From: Callorhinchus milii | Taxonomy: Eukaryota | Assembly: GCF_018977255.1 (NCBI RefSeq) | Contig: NW_024704742.1 | Coordinates: forward strand, 39,620,001 to 39,684,000 | DNA: 64,000 bases | Reading direction: 5' to 3' | Part shown: positions 10,250-24,462 of the stretch, piece by piece | How the letters are laid out: each line of letters starts with the position of its first letter | Numbering within the stretch: the first letter of the stretch is position 1 | Notes under the pieces: generated by a model | The model's database searches: none | Seen by the model: only the letters and a program-made list of their open reading frames with translations | What the model was told of the DNA's origin: nothing | Translations under genes and position numbers: made by a program

Positions 10250-12492
10250 CTAACGGCAATGATAGAAAAGCAGAATAATTCATCATTACTAAAAATACAC
10301 TAACTAAAGAGAAAGATTTAGCTAGTAACTGATTCCAGCATGAAGTGGCTCCAATGTATGAATTATTGTGGATGGTTTATCCAGATTTAATCTTGATGAT
10401 ATTCATGCTGCTTCAATTTTTATCAACACCAGACACATAAATCATGGATTCACACTACAGCTGCTATAATAATAATAATCCTTGCATTTAATATAGCGCC
10501 TTATCACATCTTCAAGGCATCTGAAAGTGCTTCATAGAATATACTGTAAAGTGAATTGACACTATATTTTATTGTGGGCGAAATTTTCATGAGTGCACAG
10601 ACAACTTGTTTTCAAATAATCGGTACTTATTTCTTACCAGTGACAGACATGCTTTTATTCTCTTATGAGCTTTGCGACGTCCTCCCGACGTGAAAGATGC
10701 TCTACAAATATAATTTTGTTGTTGTTGTTGTTCTTATGGCCATTTTGCTACACAGATGCAATTTTCATGTTTAATCGACCCAAACTCTGCAAATGCAATG
10801 TAACTACAGAGTTAGCACTTGTGAATTAATGCTTTGCAAATTACATGTTTCTTAATTCAGCCAAGGTGTCAGTTTTGGACTTTGCAACCATTCTAATTTG
10901 TCAGCACTTGAGGTCTCTGTGAGGGAATATGTCTTATTCCATTTGTTAACTGGCCAGTAATCCTACAGGTAAATTGTTATCATTCATTTCACAGTTATTT
11001 AAAGGGACTTTACAATGCACAATTTGATGCCACATTCACCTACAAATTCAATTACAAAAATAATTTGTGATGTGGTTTGAGACATTTTGAAGATATAATA
11101 ATAAAATAATAGACTTTGCCTCAGGATGGCATTTCAAAGTGCTTCACAAGATTTACTGTGAAGTGTAGTAACTGAAATTGTAGGAAACACAGCAGCCAAT
11201 TTGGTGACAGCAATGTCCCCCAAACAGCCATGAAGAAACCAGTTTTATTTGGGGAATTATTGGCCAGGACTCTGGGAGAAACTCGCTTCTCTTTCTGAAT
11301 AATACCATGGGAGCTCTGAACACCTATCTCAATTCGCAGACAGGACATCAGTTTAATGCCTCAATTGAAAACAGCACCTCCAGCAATGCAGTGCTCTCCT
11401 TGCAACCTTCTACCTCAGAAGTGAGAGTGCAACCAACTGAGCCATGCTGATACCAAAGTTGTAATAACCAGTATTGTATTAATTTTATGTGAGGAAGAAA
11501 ACTTTATATTGAAAGTACTCAATCCTTTATGACACTCTTTCTTCATAATTACCATTTTTGAGTAGAACACTTTAACAGTGTTATTTGGAAAGATGTCATG
11601 TTTTGTAATGGTTATTTGTCATGGCTAGGTTTTTAATGTGAGCGATATTTGAATTTGTGAGCTGACCATAATTCACTCGAGATTATGTCTCGTATTTATT
11701 TTCTTGTCACCCTCGTTTATAGAAATATTTATCATTTGTCATTGCTTTGTCATTTTGATTCACACCAGCAGGAAAATGATTTTTATTTCAATTGCATTAC
11801 TCAACACAAGTGCCATAAAGTAATGTCTGCACCTCAGATATTCTGGCTACTGTGATATTCTTTTAATTTATGGTTATATTTCCCATCTTACTCTCATTTA
11901 CCAATATTAATGTTTTTATATTAGATGATATAAGAACACTGTGCATAAATAATACTACTAATAATAATTAATTCTAATTGTTGCTTTCAAAACCCCAGCT
12001 CGGATACTGAGCAGAATTCTTAAATACCTCGGGATGGCCTGCTGACGTGAAATAAATATGAATTAGTATTGTACATCCTTGCATTTGATATAATACATTG
12101 CCACATTGACAAAACATCTCAAGGTGCTTCACATAATTTATTGGCATGTGCAATGACTGTTTGTAGATGAATAAGCATCTCTAATAATGATCTATGCAAC
12201 ATTCATTCTGATGGCTTAAAAAATGGTAACTCAGAAACAAGGCATTTGTCCGGTTAACCTTCCCTAAATGTTTGGGCTTTGACTCAAAGGATTGGGATCA
12301 TGCGTAAAGATCCAAGTCTTATTGATGTACTTGACAGGCCAGTCAAGCAATAACTATGCCTTGGATTACTGCAGATCTGCTTGATGTTTTGTCAGATGTT
12401 TCTCCTGGGAGCCAGCTCTGTCCTGGGGAGAAGGGGGTAGGGCATTTTGTCTCTCCCCACTGCAATGGAAGATATCTGATGTTTCCTTAGAA

Positions 12493-12852
12493 TAGTGGAA
12501 TCCTGTAGCCCAGTGGTTAGAGCTCTCGCCTCATAAACGGGAGATTGTGTTCAATTCCCAGCAGGGTGAAATGTTGGCAAGTTTCCTTACTCCACACGCC
12601 TGTTTACCTAGCAGTAAGTAGGAACCCAGTTGTTAGTTGATTGGTGGATTGTTTCTTCGGGGGTAATAATCCCTTTCAAAAGAAATTGGTCACTTCAATC
12701 CACGACTGTTCGTGGAACACTGCTATGTGCAATTGACTGCTGCATTTTGCCCACAAAATATAGTCAAATCACTTTACAGTATATTCTGTAAATGTAATAA
12801 GGCGCTGTATCAAATCCAAGGATTGTTATTATTATTATTATTATTATTATAA
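12493..12852 (+). mobile_element. tRNA-derived SINE, long subfamily
   Basis: Same head and tail as the short form, plus internal TGTTTACCTAGCAGTAAGTAGGAACC...GTTAG segment. Confidence 0.88.
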
Positions 12853-14384
12853 TAATGAATGACCTGAAGAATTTGCATTGGTATGCCACTAAAATCCTTC
12901 CTATGTACTAATGCTTACCTCAGCAACTGTGGAAATTCCTCATTCCTTATCAAAGTATATTTAAGTATAACTTCAGTTCATTCTTGAATATCTTTTAATC
13001 AATACCTTTCTACAAATGACAAAAGCAATTGACTGTGTGGGAACCATATTAACAAATTCCTTCCACCTGTTTGGAATAAAAGTATTTTTGATAACGTTTT
13101 CAATTGGAAAGGTATTTTCTTCTCACAAATTACATATTCTGCTATTGGAAAAAACCTTTTAACATATTTTCTCTAGCATTTCAATATACAACAATAATAA
13201 TAATAATAGTCCTTGCATTGATATAGAGCCGTATCACATCATCACGATGTCCCAAAACGCTTCACAGAATATAATGTAAAGTGTATTGAATGTACATTTT
13301 GCGGGTGAAAGTCGCAGCCAATTCCACACTCCAATGCCCCAGAGATGGATATTATTATTAAATATATATACTTTTAATTGTTGGAGGGATTATTACGCCA
13401 GAAAAAATAAACAGGTACAATGATTTATCTAATATTATTCATATATAATACTTAATATTGTTTAATATTAAACAATATCATATGATATTAACTAATATTA
13501 TTTATATCTAAATAATATTATGTGTTTATGTAAATTTGGGACAATTGTTAATCCAACCTTAATTTTGAAGTTATTTTTCTCTAGGTTCTTTCAAGTGCAA
13601 TAGAAAACCACCTTCACAATTGAGACTTAATTTACACATTTTGAAGTACTACAAAAATATAACAAAATCTAGATCCAGGTGGAATTTCTCCACCCAACTA
13701 TTTGAAAGATTTCCAGTCTTGCAATGAAAAATCAAAGCCAATCTTGGCTAATTAAATAGTTAATCAAGGCAACCATTGCATTCCAAGGTAGCACTGAATA
13801 CATCAATGAAATGTTTGGAACAGTCAGTATGTTTATTATTTATTATTAATAATAAATTAGCCACTTAATCCACGACTTTTTGTGGGAAACTGCTGTGCAC
13901 AATTGGCTGCCATGTTTCACCCACAAAATATACAGTTAATTCACTTTATAGTATATTCTGTGAAGCGCTTTGGGACGTCTCGAAGACTTGATAAGGTGCT
14001 ATATCAAAATGCAAGAATTATGTTTAACATTGCATCTCTTTTGGCAGATATTTTTAAAGTGACTGAGTAAAACCATTTTGAGGCTCATATTCCAATGTTC
14101 TCTAATATTAGTGTTCAGCAATTGAACTTTGAGAGTTGATTTATCTAGACGTTCTGTGAATTGGCTTTGAAATCAATGATCCATTAGATGGTTGGTTCAA
14201 ATGTGTGGCAGGCCAGGCTTAGTAGCTTTACCTTATTTTCACAAAAAACAGGGTGGGGGAAAGGGAGAGGTGCTTGCTGGCTTAGAATTGCCAAAAGCAA
14301 GGCTGCTGATGCACGTAATTATCAAAGTGATATTCATAACATTGAATGTAACATTTGTCACCCAATATCTTATTAGGTATTGGA

Positions 14385-14995
14385 TCATGCAAGCTTTCAT
14401 TACATCCAGGCTCGACTACGCAAACTCACTGCTTGTCGGCCTCCCCAACTCCTCCCTCCACAGGCTGCAGATCATCCAGAACTCTGCAGCCCGTGTCCTC
14501 TCCCGCACCAGACTCCCGACCCTATCACCCCCATCCTCGCCCAACTCCACTGGCTTCCCATCTCACATAGGATACAGTTCAAGATCCTGGTCCTCACCTT
14601 CAAAGCCCTCCATGGTCTTGCTCCCCCCTACCTCTGCGATCTCCTAAGCCCCTACCATTCTGTTTGCTCCCTCTGCTCAGGAGGCTCCAGCCTGCTTCAT
14701 GTCCCCCGCCTCGCTTGCCCCACTATTGGTGGGTGGGCCTTCTGCCACTCTGCCTCCACCCTCTGGAACTCCATCCCACAGTACCTCTGCCTCGCCCCCC
14801 CCCCCTTCCCTTCCCTTTCAAGACCTATCTCAAGACCCTCCTCTTCGACCATGCTTTCAGTTTCCCTGCTTGCCCCCTTCCCTTCACCTCCCCGACCCCA
14901 ACCCCCAACTCGGGTCCGAAACTCTGTCTGTCCAGTGCCTTGGGAAGTCCTCCCAACGTGAAAGGCGCAATACAATGTAATTTTGTTGTTGTTGT
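14385..14995 (+). mobile_element. L2-clade LINE 3' fragment
   Basis: AFITSRLDYANSLLVGLP...ITPILAQLHWLPISHRIQFKILVLTFKALHGLAPPYL...LWNSIP, with a (GTT)n tail. Confidence 0.93.
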
Positions 14996-15121
14996 AAGTT
15001 TGCTTTTAATTAGTTACACGTTTTACATTTTTTTTCCAAACAAGGATATTTTGCAAACCTAATTCCTTTTTTCGTGAAGGTTTCCAAAAAATTGTAGAAA
15101 CATTGAACTGAACTTTCAGCA

Positions 15122-15535
15122 TGTCAACCCTGGCTCAGTTGGAGGTATTCTCACCTCTGAGTCACAAGGTTGTGGATTCAAGATCTACATCAGGACTTTG
15201 AACTCTCACTGTATGAACTAGCACTCCATTGTTGGAGGTGTCATCCTCTGGATGAGATGTTGAGATCCTGCCTGTGTATTTAGTTGGACATTGAACATCC
15301 CATGACACTGTTGAAAAGAGAAAGGAGTTTCTACCACTGTCCTGGCCAACCATCCCCCAGATAAAATTGGTTATTTCACTTCATCACTGTTTGTGGGACG
15401 TTGTTATGTGCAAATTGACTGCAGCATTCACCCACAAAGCACATAATCATTCTACTTTAAAGTAAATTTTGTGAAGCACTTGAAAATGTCCACCTGACGT
15501 GAAAGACGCTATACAAAATGCAAGGTTTATTTTAT
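15122..15535 (+). mobile_element. Older full-length DeuSINE (SacSINE1/AmnSINE1-like). Other copies ~2280-2580, 2970-3778, 8250-8860, 11110-11450, 24930-25360, 30650-30945, 33480-33850, 49185-49475, 49805-50030, 59745-60180
   Basis: Head GGCTCAGTTGG...CTCACCTCTGAGTCACAAGGTTGTG. Deu-like core GGAGTTTCT...GTCCTGGCCAAC...TGTTTGTGGGA...TGTGCAAATTG. L2-type tail. Confidence 0.8.
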
Positions 15536-16291
15536 TAATATTGATCCAGGAGATATTGTCAATTTGAAAGAGGTGATAAAAGCTATTGGCATAATTTTCC
15601 TTCAGCTATCCTTCAGTTTGACTTAATTAATAGCACTAGCTTATGAGTGACGTGACAAAGATCTACATTTAAGTCTTACTTTGGGATTTGAGCTTATAGT
15701 TTTGGTTGGCAGTCCAGTGGGGTATCGGGGCTACACTGCTTTGTCCAATGGCTGAGTCTTCAGGTGAACTTTAAAGATCCCATGAAACTACGCAAAAAGA
15801 GAAGGGAGTTTCTCCTGTTATCCTGACCAAAGGTCCTTCAGATAACGTGTAGGTGCAAATGGCTGCCTGTTCATGAGAACTGACAGTACATACTTGTGGA
15901 ATATTTTGATGTGACAAGACATTATAAAAATGCAAGTTATCTCTTTATTTCTGTTCTTTAGAACTATGTTGGGAAAACAAGTCAAGTTCTCAGATCAAAA
16001 AACAAGGTCACAAGCTGTCAACTTTTGTATAAAAGAGAGTCCCAGGGCACATTGGCAGCCTGGCATACTACCAATCACATGTCCTTGTCATATTGGCTTT
16101 GCAACTTTGTAGCAATATTTAAATAACATTTGGGAATTTTACACAGCTGATTATTTTAAATAAAGATAGGAAATAACATGAAAACATTTCGACTTATGTT
16201 CCAGCAAATATTGTGTATTGAAAAAAAGTCAATAAACATTTGATATCTTCCCTAATATTTATTCACTTCTCAGATACAATCATGAAATAAC

Positions 16292-16807
16292 TGTTGTCAA
16301 TCTAATGTCTTTCTGAGATTCGGATGGAGACGACCAATATGGTTGCTTAATAATCCAAAGTTTAATAAGCAATACAAATAACCTAACTTAATCTAAAACC
16401 TGAGACCATAGATACGGTAAAATCGACATTGATTCCACTGGGAAGCGCGCTGACCCTCTATGAGAATTTCAACTTTTCCAAAGTAACTTCTTCCTTTTAT
16501 GTATTTTAAACTCCATCTCCTCTTCCCTGGTCTGTTTCACAAGCTCTCATTTTTCCTCTGAGAAAGTGGAGCTGCAGCCAATGGCCTTGAGCAACCTATT
16601 TTCCTATGAGAAAAGAATCACCACCTGTTTCCTTCATCCTGTCCGAGCCACTCTTTCCTCCCTATCTCAGTATTCCTTAATTAATCTGAGGCGCTGTTAT
16701 CAGGAAGTTGAAACTAGACAAAGCCAGTCAGACCAAACAAGGACTGCCAACATTCTATCCTTTTCTCAACTAGCTTGCACACATCAGCAGTGTTTTATAT
16801 AACAACA
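16292..16807 (-). mobile_element. Possible solo LTR
   Basis: TGTTGT...ACAACA termini. On the minus strand a TATA-like TACATAAAAG lies upstream of an ATTAAA poly(A)-like signal. No clean TSD. Confidence 0.3.
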
Positions 16808-17397
16808 CTCTACATGTTTATGGGATACTGCTGTGCGCAATTGGCTGCCGCGTTTCGCCTACAAATATATGGTCAATTCACTTTACAGTCTATTCTGTGA
16901 AGCGCTTTGAGAAGTCAAGAAGACGTGAAAAGCGCTATATCAAATGCAAGGATTATTATTATTATTATATATTATTACATATTTTGCAAAGCATTATTTT
17001 CTTTAGTCAAGCTGTATTAGCACAACCTTAAACTTTCTTCCATTCACCAGCTGAATAAATTGCAAATTCATCAAGTGAAACCAAAGAATGTATAATAACG
17101 ATTGCAAGAAATGTCAAGAGTCTGGTAGTTCGGTTGCTTAATTCTTAATGGAACAAAAGATTATTTTCAGGTTACTCTGACTGAATATGGATTATGAATT
17201 CTAGGGAAGTGGGGAAATTAATTATGCAAATGATAACCTTTATATTTTTTGGTCAGCTGGGTGTTTGACATACACATAAACCCATTACCATGCTTAAGAG
17301 TATCCAAATCAAACAGAGAGTTCCACTCATCCCACCTATACATGGACATTCCTTTATTATATTTATTATATATATATATCAAATCTGTACATATACA

Positions 17398-17712
17398 GTA
17401 GAGTCCTGTAGCTCAGTGGTTAGAGCACTCGCCTCGCAATTGAGAGACCTGGGTTCAATTCCCGGCAGGGCATAACTTTGGGTAAGTTTCCTTACTCCAC
17501 ACGCCTGATAATGATCCCTCAAGAAAAAAACAATAATAAATTAGTCACTTCAATCCACGACTGTTTGTGAGACACTGCTGTGCACAATTGGCTGCCACAT
17601 TTCACCCACAAATATATAGTCAATTCACTCTACAGTATATTCTGTGAAGCACTTTGAGACATCTAGAAGATGTGAAAAGTACTATATCAAATGCAAGGAT
17701 TATTATTTATTA
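17398..17712 (+). mobile_element. tRNA-derived SINE, short subfamily (5'-truncated relative at 46345-46595; related copy at 18040-18375)
   Basis: GAGTCCTGTAGCTCAGTGGTTAGAGCACTCGC...CAAGGATTATTATT. Confidence 0.9.
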
Positions 17713-20700
17713 TTTATGTTATTCTTCAGGGAATTTTTCAGCAATGGATCAATGTCATGTGGTGCTATAATAGGAACAAAAAGATAAAGAAACCATTCAG
17801 TCCATCACAAACAATGCAAAACCTCTACCCTAATATTATTCTGTGGTATCCCAATAATTTAAAACTTCACACGCTCTCTAATTTTGCAGTGGTGCTATCT
17901 ATTTTAACTAGAAAATATTAGAATTAAAACCACACATATTTAATAACACTGCCAAGTTAGTATCCATGACTTATGTTGGATGTAAGGATCCTGGAGTTTA
18001 CAACTTGCAATTATATAACGCTCTTCTTCTAGGGTTAATAGAGTTCTGTAGTGTATTGGTTAGAACAAATGCCTTTGCAAGCGTGAGAACCCAGATTCGA
18101 TTCCTGGGTAGAGCAAAACCTTAGGCAGGTTTCCTTACTCCACATGCTGGTTGATTGTCTATTGGGTAACTTTCTTCAAAAATCCCTTCAAAACAATAAT
18201 AATTTGGTCACTTATCCACTTCTGTTTGTGAGACACCTCTATGCACAATTGGCTGCTATGTTACGCCCACAAAATACATAGTAAATTCACTTTACAGTAT
18301 ATCCTGTGAAACACTTTCAGAAATAGTAATGACGTGATAAGGCGCTATATCAAATGCAACGATTATTATTATTAGTAGGATTATTTATGAGTATTTTGGT
18401 TAGGAACATAAAATGGTCAAAGAGGTCGTTTTTCAGGTGGGATTCAGAGATAGATAGAGAAGGGTCAAGACAGGGAGGTAGTTCCAGAAGTTAGATGTGC
18501 AGTTACTGAAGGCTTGATGTGGAGGGGATGAGGTGTGAACTGCATATTGCGTATTTTCCAAGGAGGTGGAATGGGTGGATTGGAGTCAATAATGGGCCGG
18601 AGTTTGAGTGATTTATGGAGGAACTGAGCTCGACAGGCTGGATGACCTGTACTCATTCCAAGTTTCTTAGGTCCTTTTCCAGCCATCTTCAGTGGCCAGA
18701 AATAGTCCAGTTGGTTCTCAGTAGGGTCAGGAACCAAAGAATTCAATGCAACTTAGAATAATTATATCTAATCCATAAAGAGATTTCCTTCAATGGCCAT
18801 TCCCACTAATATATCATTTTGACACTTCTGTTTCCATGTATATTTATGGGTCTTGGAGTCAGATCACATAATTGTCATCAAATTATGGCTGTTTGTGTGC
18901 TGTGGATTCCTGTCCAGTGGAAAAAAAGAATAAAAACTGTCCAAGCACATTTTATTTTCCATTATTAACAGAGAGAAACCTTTCATTCCATCTGTCTAAA
19001 TTGGATTCAATCCCAGATTCAGGGCAGGAAAAGCATTTGATGCCAACCCATCATGCCACCTCATCCCTCCTTCAGCTGTTTTGTGAAGTATTACTGACAT
19101 CAGGACTCAAAGGATTCTGTGGCTTTTCCATCTGCCATCTCCAGGTGGAAGAGATTTGAATGGAGGTGAGTAGCTGTACATTGTTTTGGGAGAGAGGAGA
19201 TGGGGGGGAGCCCATTACAGTTAAACAATAGGGTATTTTCAGTACAACAGATTTTCAACTTTATAATAAAATAAATTTATAAATCTAAATATGGAAACAA
19301 ATTGACTTTTGTCCGGCTGCAATGTGAATTCATGCCATGATGGAATTACCACTTGAAATAAGTTATGAATTTTCTGCTGTGCTCCAGGTAAATGAACTAA
19401 CAGGTTATTTACGCTCTTGTTTTATGCCACGTTTTAGTAAAAAGAGTTGTTATTGCAAGTTGTTGTTGATGTTATTGTAAATATTGGGATCTTTATCAGG
19501 CTTCATTGCACACACTGCTTCAGTCAGCCTAAGCATTTAATTGCAACTGCAAATTCCCAAAGCTAAACCTGTAGGATATCTTTGCCATTATTCAAGGAAT
19601 ACCTCACATGTTATTTTATAGTACATGATCCTCTTCATTGCCATTTAATCGCTTCAGCCAAGAATAGCTTGCACTGCCCCAAGGGTGAAATCCTCCTTTA
19701 CCACACAGTGATAAATGGAGCAACCTAGCAGGAACCAGCCTCATTACAACCTTCTCAAGAAAGTCAAATAGGTCCTACGAAATTAAAGAGTAGCCACAGA
19801 TAGGGTAAAAAAAACACAGATCTAGGTATGTCTCATGGAAACATGTCTTTCATTCTGACAGTTACTTACAATCTGCTAATAATAGGCATCATTTTTCCCT
19901 TGTTGACACTATTTTCAAGGTCAGCACATTGTGTGACATTAATAAATGAACTCTGAAATGAAGATTTAAAGCTTCATCTTTCTATTGCTATGCTTCACCC
20001 CACCTGATGTACAGTAGGCTTCACAATCCTATGATTGCATAGGGAGATTGTTCGCAAAAAGTATGTGTGTGAGTGTTTTGTCATAAAATAGCCTAATGTG
20101 CCAAAATAACCTGGCACCTCACAATTCATACACTTTTCATGAATACAATTTTTAGCAATGCAAGAAAAGAATAGCTTACAAATTCAGATTTTTAGCTTTT
20201 TTTAATGAGATCAAGTGTTAATCTGAATCAGTTGGTACCACTCATGCTTTTGAGTCAGAGGGTCGTGAGTTCAAGCCACACATCAGGACTTTGAGCTCAC
20301 AGTCTAGGCAGCCACTCCAATGCAGTGCTGGGGGTGTCCTGTGTAATCAAAGATGCCGTACTTTGGATAAGACATTGAACTTGAGACATCTCGATGATGT
20401 GATAAGGCACCATCACATGGCTTATCACATTATTGAGGATTCTAACAGGATTCTTTATAATAATCTTTGCAAGATTAGAATACCAATTGGCCCTTGGGGA
20501 ATTTTGCTCCAGAAGCGGATTGGATAGAGCGGAGTTCCCACGAGCTGGTCTAACAAACATCCAGTTTGGAATCCTCATGTAATCCTCATTTGAATGATTT
20601 GAATTCATTATTGTGGATTCCCATTAAGGCCATTAGAACTAATTTGTGCAGGAGTTTGATCATGATGATTTTTAGGCTTGAAATAAGAATATTTATGCAT

Positions 20701-23700
20701 GGTAATTGTATTGTTTTGATTCCATGAGCAAGTGCACATTTCATTGTGATCACAGCTAAAAATATGGGGAAGGGGAGTAGTCTTGCCTGATGTTTTATTA
20801 TGTATGAAAAATGACAATCTGGGTACTAAGCTGCATTCAGCCAATATTTACTCCAGTTCAAAATTCCTAATACAGATTTAATATAATACTAATATAGATA
20901 AACACACAGATTTAACACTGTGGGGGGCGAAATTATGCAAGTGGTGTAAACACACAATTTACATAAACAGGTTGGCTTTTGCAATATAAAAAACTTTTCA
21001 AAGCACTGAACAATGGGAATAGGAAGCAAAGAGCTACTTAGCCAATTATTGGATTAAGGATCTTCCAAAAGACATTGCAAATTTCAAGTAGTCATTGGCC
21101 AACACAACAGGAATAATAAATCACATATAAATCTTAATCTGTACCAATGAAGTAGAGTTAATTTGCTGGGAGTATGATTCTGTTACATGTAGAGGTATCA
21201 TATATTGAGAGTGATGGTTGCTATTTGCACCAAATTGATGATGTATACAATATGCATAAGTAAAACCTTGGTGCATTGCATTTTATGACTGCAGTGTTCT
21301 AAATGTTAATACAGTACAATACAATTTGCATTTGTACAGAGCCTTTCACATCAGGAGGATGTCTCAAAGTGTTTGACGTAGCTAGATTGGGCACCCAAGC
21401 TGGAGATGAGAGCCTAGGAGAGTGGAGAAGGGAAAATATATCTGAAAGTATGGCCAAATAAGTACTTTTTGAAATGTGCCTTGAACGAGGGGAGTGAGGA
21501 ACAAGGTGAGAGTGGAAGAAAGTTGAAGGGATTCCACGATGGAGTCCCAGAGAGCCTGGGCAGAATCGCTGATACCTGGATATGACCAGTTTCTGGTCCC
21601 TACTTCCTGCTTCAAGCACACAAAGATTGAACTTGTCACTTCTGTAATATAACTCTTCTATCCTTCAATCATTTAGCTTTCTATTGAATGCAAAACTGTC
21701 ATGTGAAGCTGGTATTCAGCTGTAAAAAGTATGTGAAATAAAGTTGCTGCTACTTTTTCATACTGGATAGGGAGAGTTGGAAGCAATAAGAAGAAAATCA
21801 CAGAAAAGATTTTCGAAGAATAGAAGAAAAAGAACAATTTATATTTGCATTTATATCATGCCTTTCAACCAGAATAATGTCGTGAAGGACAGCACAATGG
21901 CTGTTAGACACCGAGCTATTGAAAAGATTATAGGCATGGTCAAAGAGGTTAAAATTTAAAGTGGGATTAAAGATAGATGAAAAGCGGCCAAGGTGACGGG
22001 ATTGAGGCAGGGAGTATACAAATTAATAACAAATTAAAAATAAAACAAAAATTGATGACCAGAGAAGCAGAGGGAAATGTTTAAAAAGTAACTCTGTTTT
22101 GCATTATTTTAGTGGTTTAAGGTTAATATTTCTGAAATAAAAAGAGGCTTCAGACACAGTCTGTCTGTTCAGGGCTATAGCACTATTCAAAAAAAAAGGG
22201 AGTTTCTACCGGTGTCTGGCCAACAAGCCCCCAAATAAAATTGATCATTCACTCCATGGTTGTTTGTGGATCATTGCTGTGTGCATATTGGCTGGTGCAT
22301 TCACCCACAAAATATAATATAATAATATAATAATAATAGTAATAAATACACACATTCACCCCACTACAGTAAATCCTGTGAAGCTTTGAGATATCTTAAC
22401 CACGTGATAAGACTTTATATCAAACGCAAGGATTATTATTATTATTCCTTTGCCTACAACGTACCCAGTCACTACACTCTACTGTATATATATACACTGT
22501 GGCACTATACAAAGACACTGTATCAAATGCAAGGATTATTATTTACCTTACAACTCTTTCCTGCATCAAACATTTCTTGAACAATTTCCTATCTTCTCAA
22601 CTCCAAAATAACTTGGAACATCCTCCTGATGTGAAAAACACTATATAAATGTAAATTTGTGTTTGGGTTGTAACTACTTTCAGTGACACAAATCTCTCCC
22701 ATGTATTGCTAGGTGTTCACAGCTCCTAATGCTAAGCACATTCAGGTGTTCTTTTATACATTACCCCTTAATAAACTTCAAGTTTCTGTTTTCTCCAACA
22801 GTTCAATAGCCTTTTGAACTATCCATACGCAGCCTAGGTAGTGATCTACACAAGGTAGAACAATGTCTTCCGATTTTCAATGAAATTCCCTGTGGTAACA
22901 ATATGCCAACGCATGATCGTAACAATGTAACACGATCACATCTAGAATTGCACACACACAATAAGTTCTCAGCTAGGCCTCAGAGGGTGGTGGGGGAGTG
23001 GTGGCGGGGGACAAATTAGATTCTCCCATGAGGTTAAGAGAAAATTGGAAGATGTGTCAACCTGTAGGCGACTGTTGTTTTGTATACAGTAATTACAGAA
23101 CAGCTCGAGCAGAGGCTAAGGAATATTTTGTCCTTTCAGCAGAGAAGGACTTAATGGATGGGAAGAAAACGTAAGAATAAATAAAATAAGAGGAGAAAAT
23201 AACAAAACAAAATAGGTGCATAAAAATAAAGCGTTCCTCCTCCTATCAACAAGTGGAAGCTTACGAGAGGTATTTTCATGGATTTAAAATAGTTAGGTCC
23301 TAATATAGTGGAGCATTCTTACATCTCTACATTACCAAATAATACATGTACACCTGTAAGTGTTAATCCTATTTGTTCTTTTATCAGTTTCATTCAGAAT
23401 TAACTGAAGTGTACAGGGTACAATGAATCAACGTTATGGAAAGGATGAGAACAAAAGATTCAGCATAATAGGCCTGAAATTCCATCTATTCTTATCCTGT
23501 AAAAAACTGTTTTGTCTTACAATGTAAGATGCTTAAATGGAGTCTTAATTTGGCAGACAGTTTATCACAATTCCTAATAAGAATAGACTTTCAACGACTG
23601 AAGACACATTTCTATGCCATCCTAAATTTTAACTTATACACTAAAACAAGGGGAAATTTGCTGTGTGCAATTGGCTGCCGTATTTCTACCACAAAATATA

Positions 23701-24257
23701 CAGTCAATTCACTTTACAGTAAATCTTGTGAAGCAATTTGATAAGTCTCAATGGCGCGATAAGGCTTTATGTCAAATGTAAGGATTATTATTATTAACTT
23801 AGGATCTCTGATGTATTAATGCTTTTATTTATTGTGACTCAACAAAGATTGATGTAATGAGAAAATATATTTTTTAGAGGACAGAGCTAAGACAGTCTGG
23901 AGAAGTTGTGCTTGGGTGTCAAGGGAAAAGCCCAAAGGCTTCTCGTGGCCTCAAGCACACTCCAACAATTCTGGGTCAGTAGGTGATGTATTTTTGTATG
24001 CAAGAGGCGTTCAGCTCCAAGTGATGTCTGGGAAGAGAATTCCTCAAGCAAAAGAGATAGTGTATAAAGTATTGTTGTTGATATTCTACATGGAATCTTT
24101 GAGGCACAGTCAACTCTTTATGTTTTTAATGTGCACTTTCACCAGTTTCACTAACATGGTCCTCCGATCTGTGCTATTTATAACAAATTTAGTGAAGTGA
24201 AAAAAACATTATTCTGCTGTTCAGTAAGTTTAGTAAATTTATCCCCATGCCTCCATA

Positions 24258-24462
24258 AATAACTATAATGCAAATTTAAATTATAAATAACAATGCATTA
24301 TAAAAATACAGTTTAATAATGCATAAAATATTATAAATATAACAATAAATTATACATACAAATGCATTACAGTTACGTATGAGGGAACAATAATCTTATA
24401 ATTTAATTATATATTTATAATGCAGCATTATTTATAATTTAAATAAATACATTAGAGTTATT
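24258..24462. repeat. AT-rich imperfect palindrome
   Basis: AATAACTATAATGCAAATTTAAATTATAAATAACAATGCATTATAAA is an approximate reverse complement of TTTATAATGCAGCATTATTTATAATTTAAATAAATACATTAGAGTTATT. Confidence 0.7.

Noticed and set aside
19076..19165. Plus-strand 90-nt segment bounded by CAG| and |GTGAGT
   Set aside because: Stop codons in all three frames and no partner exons.
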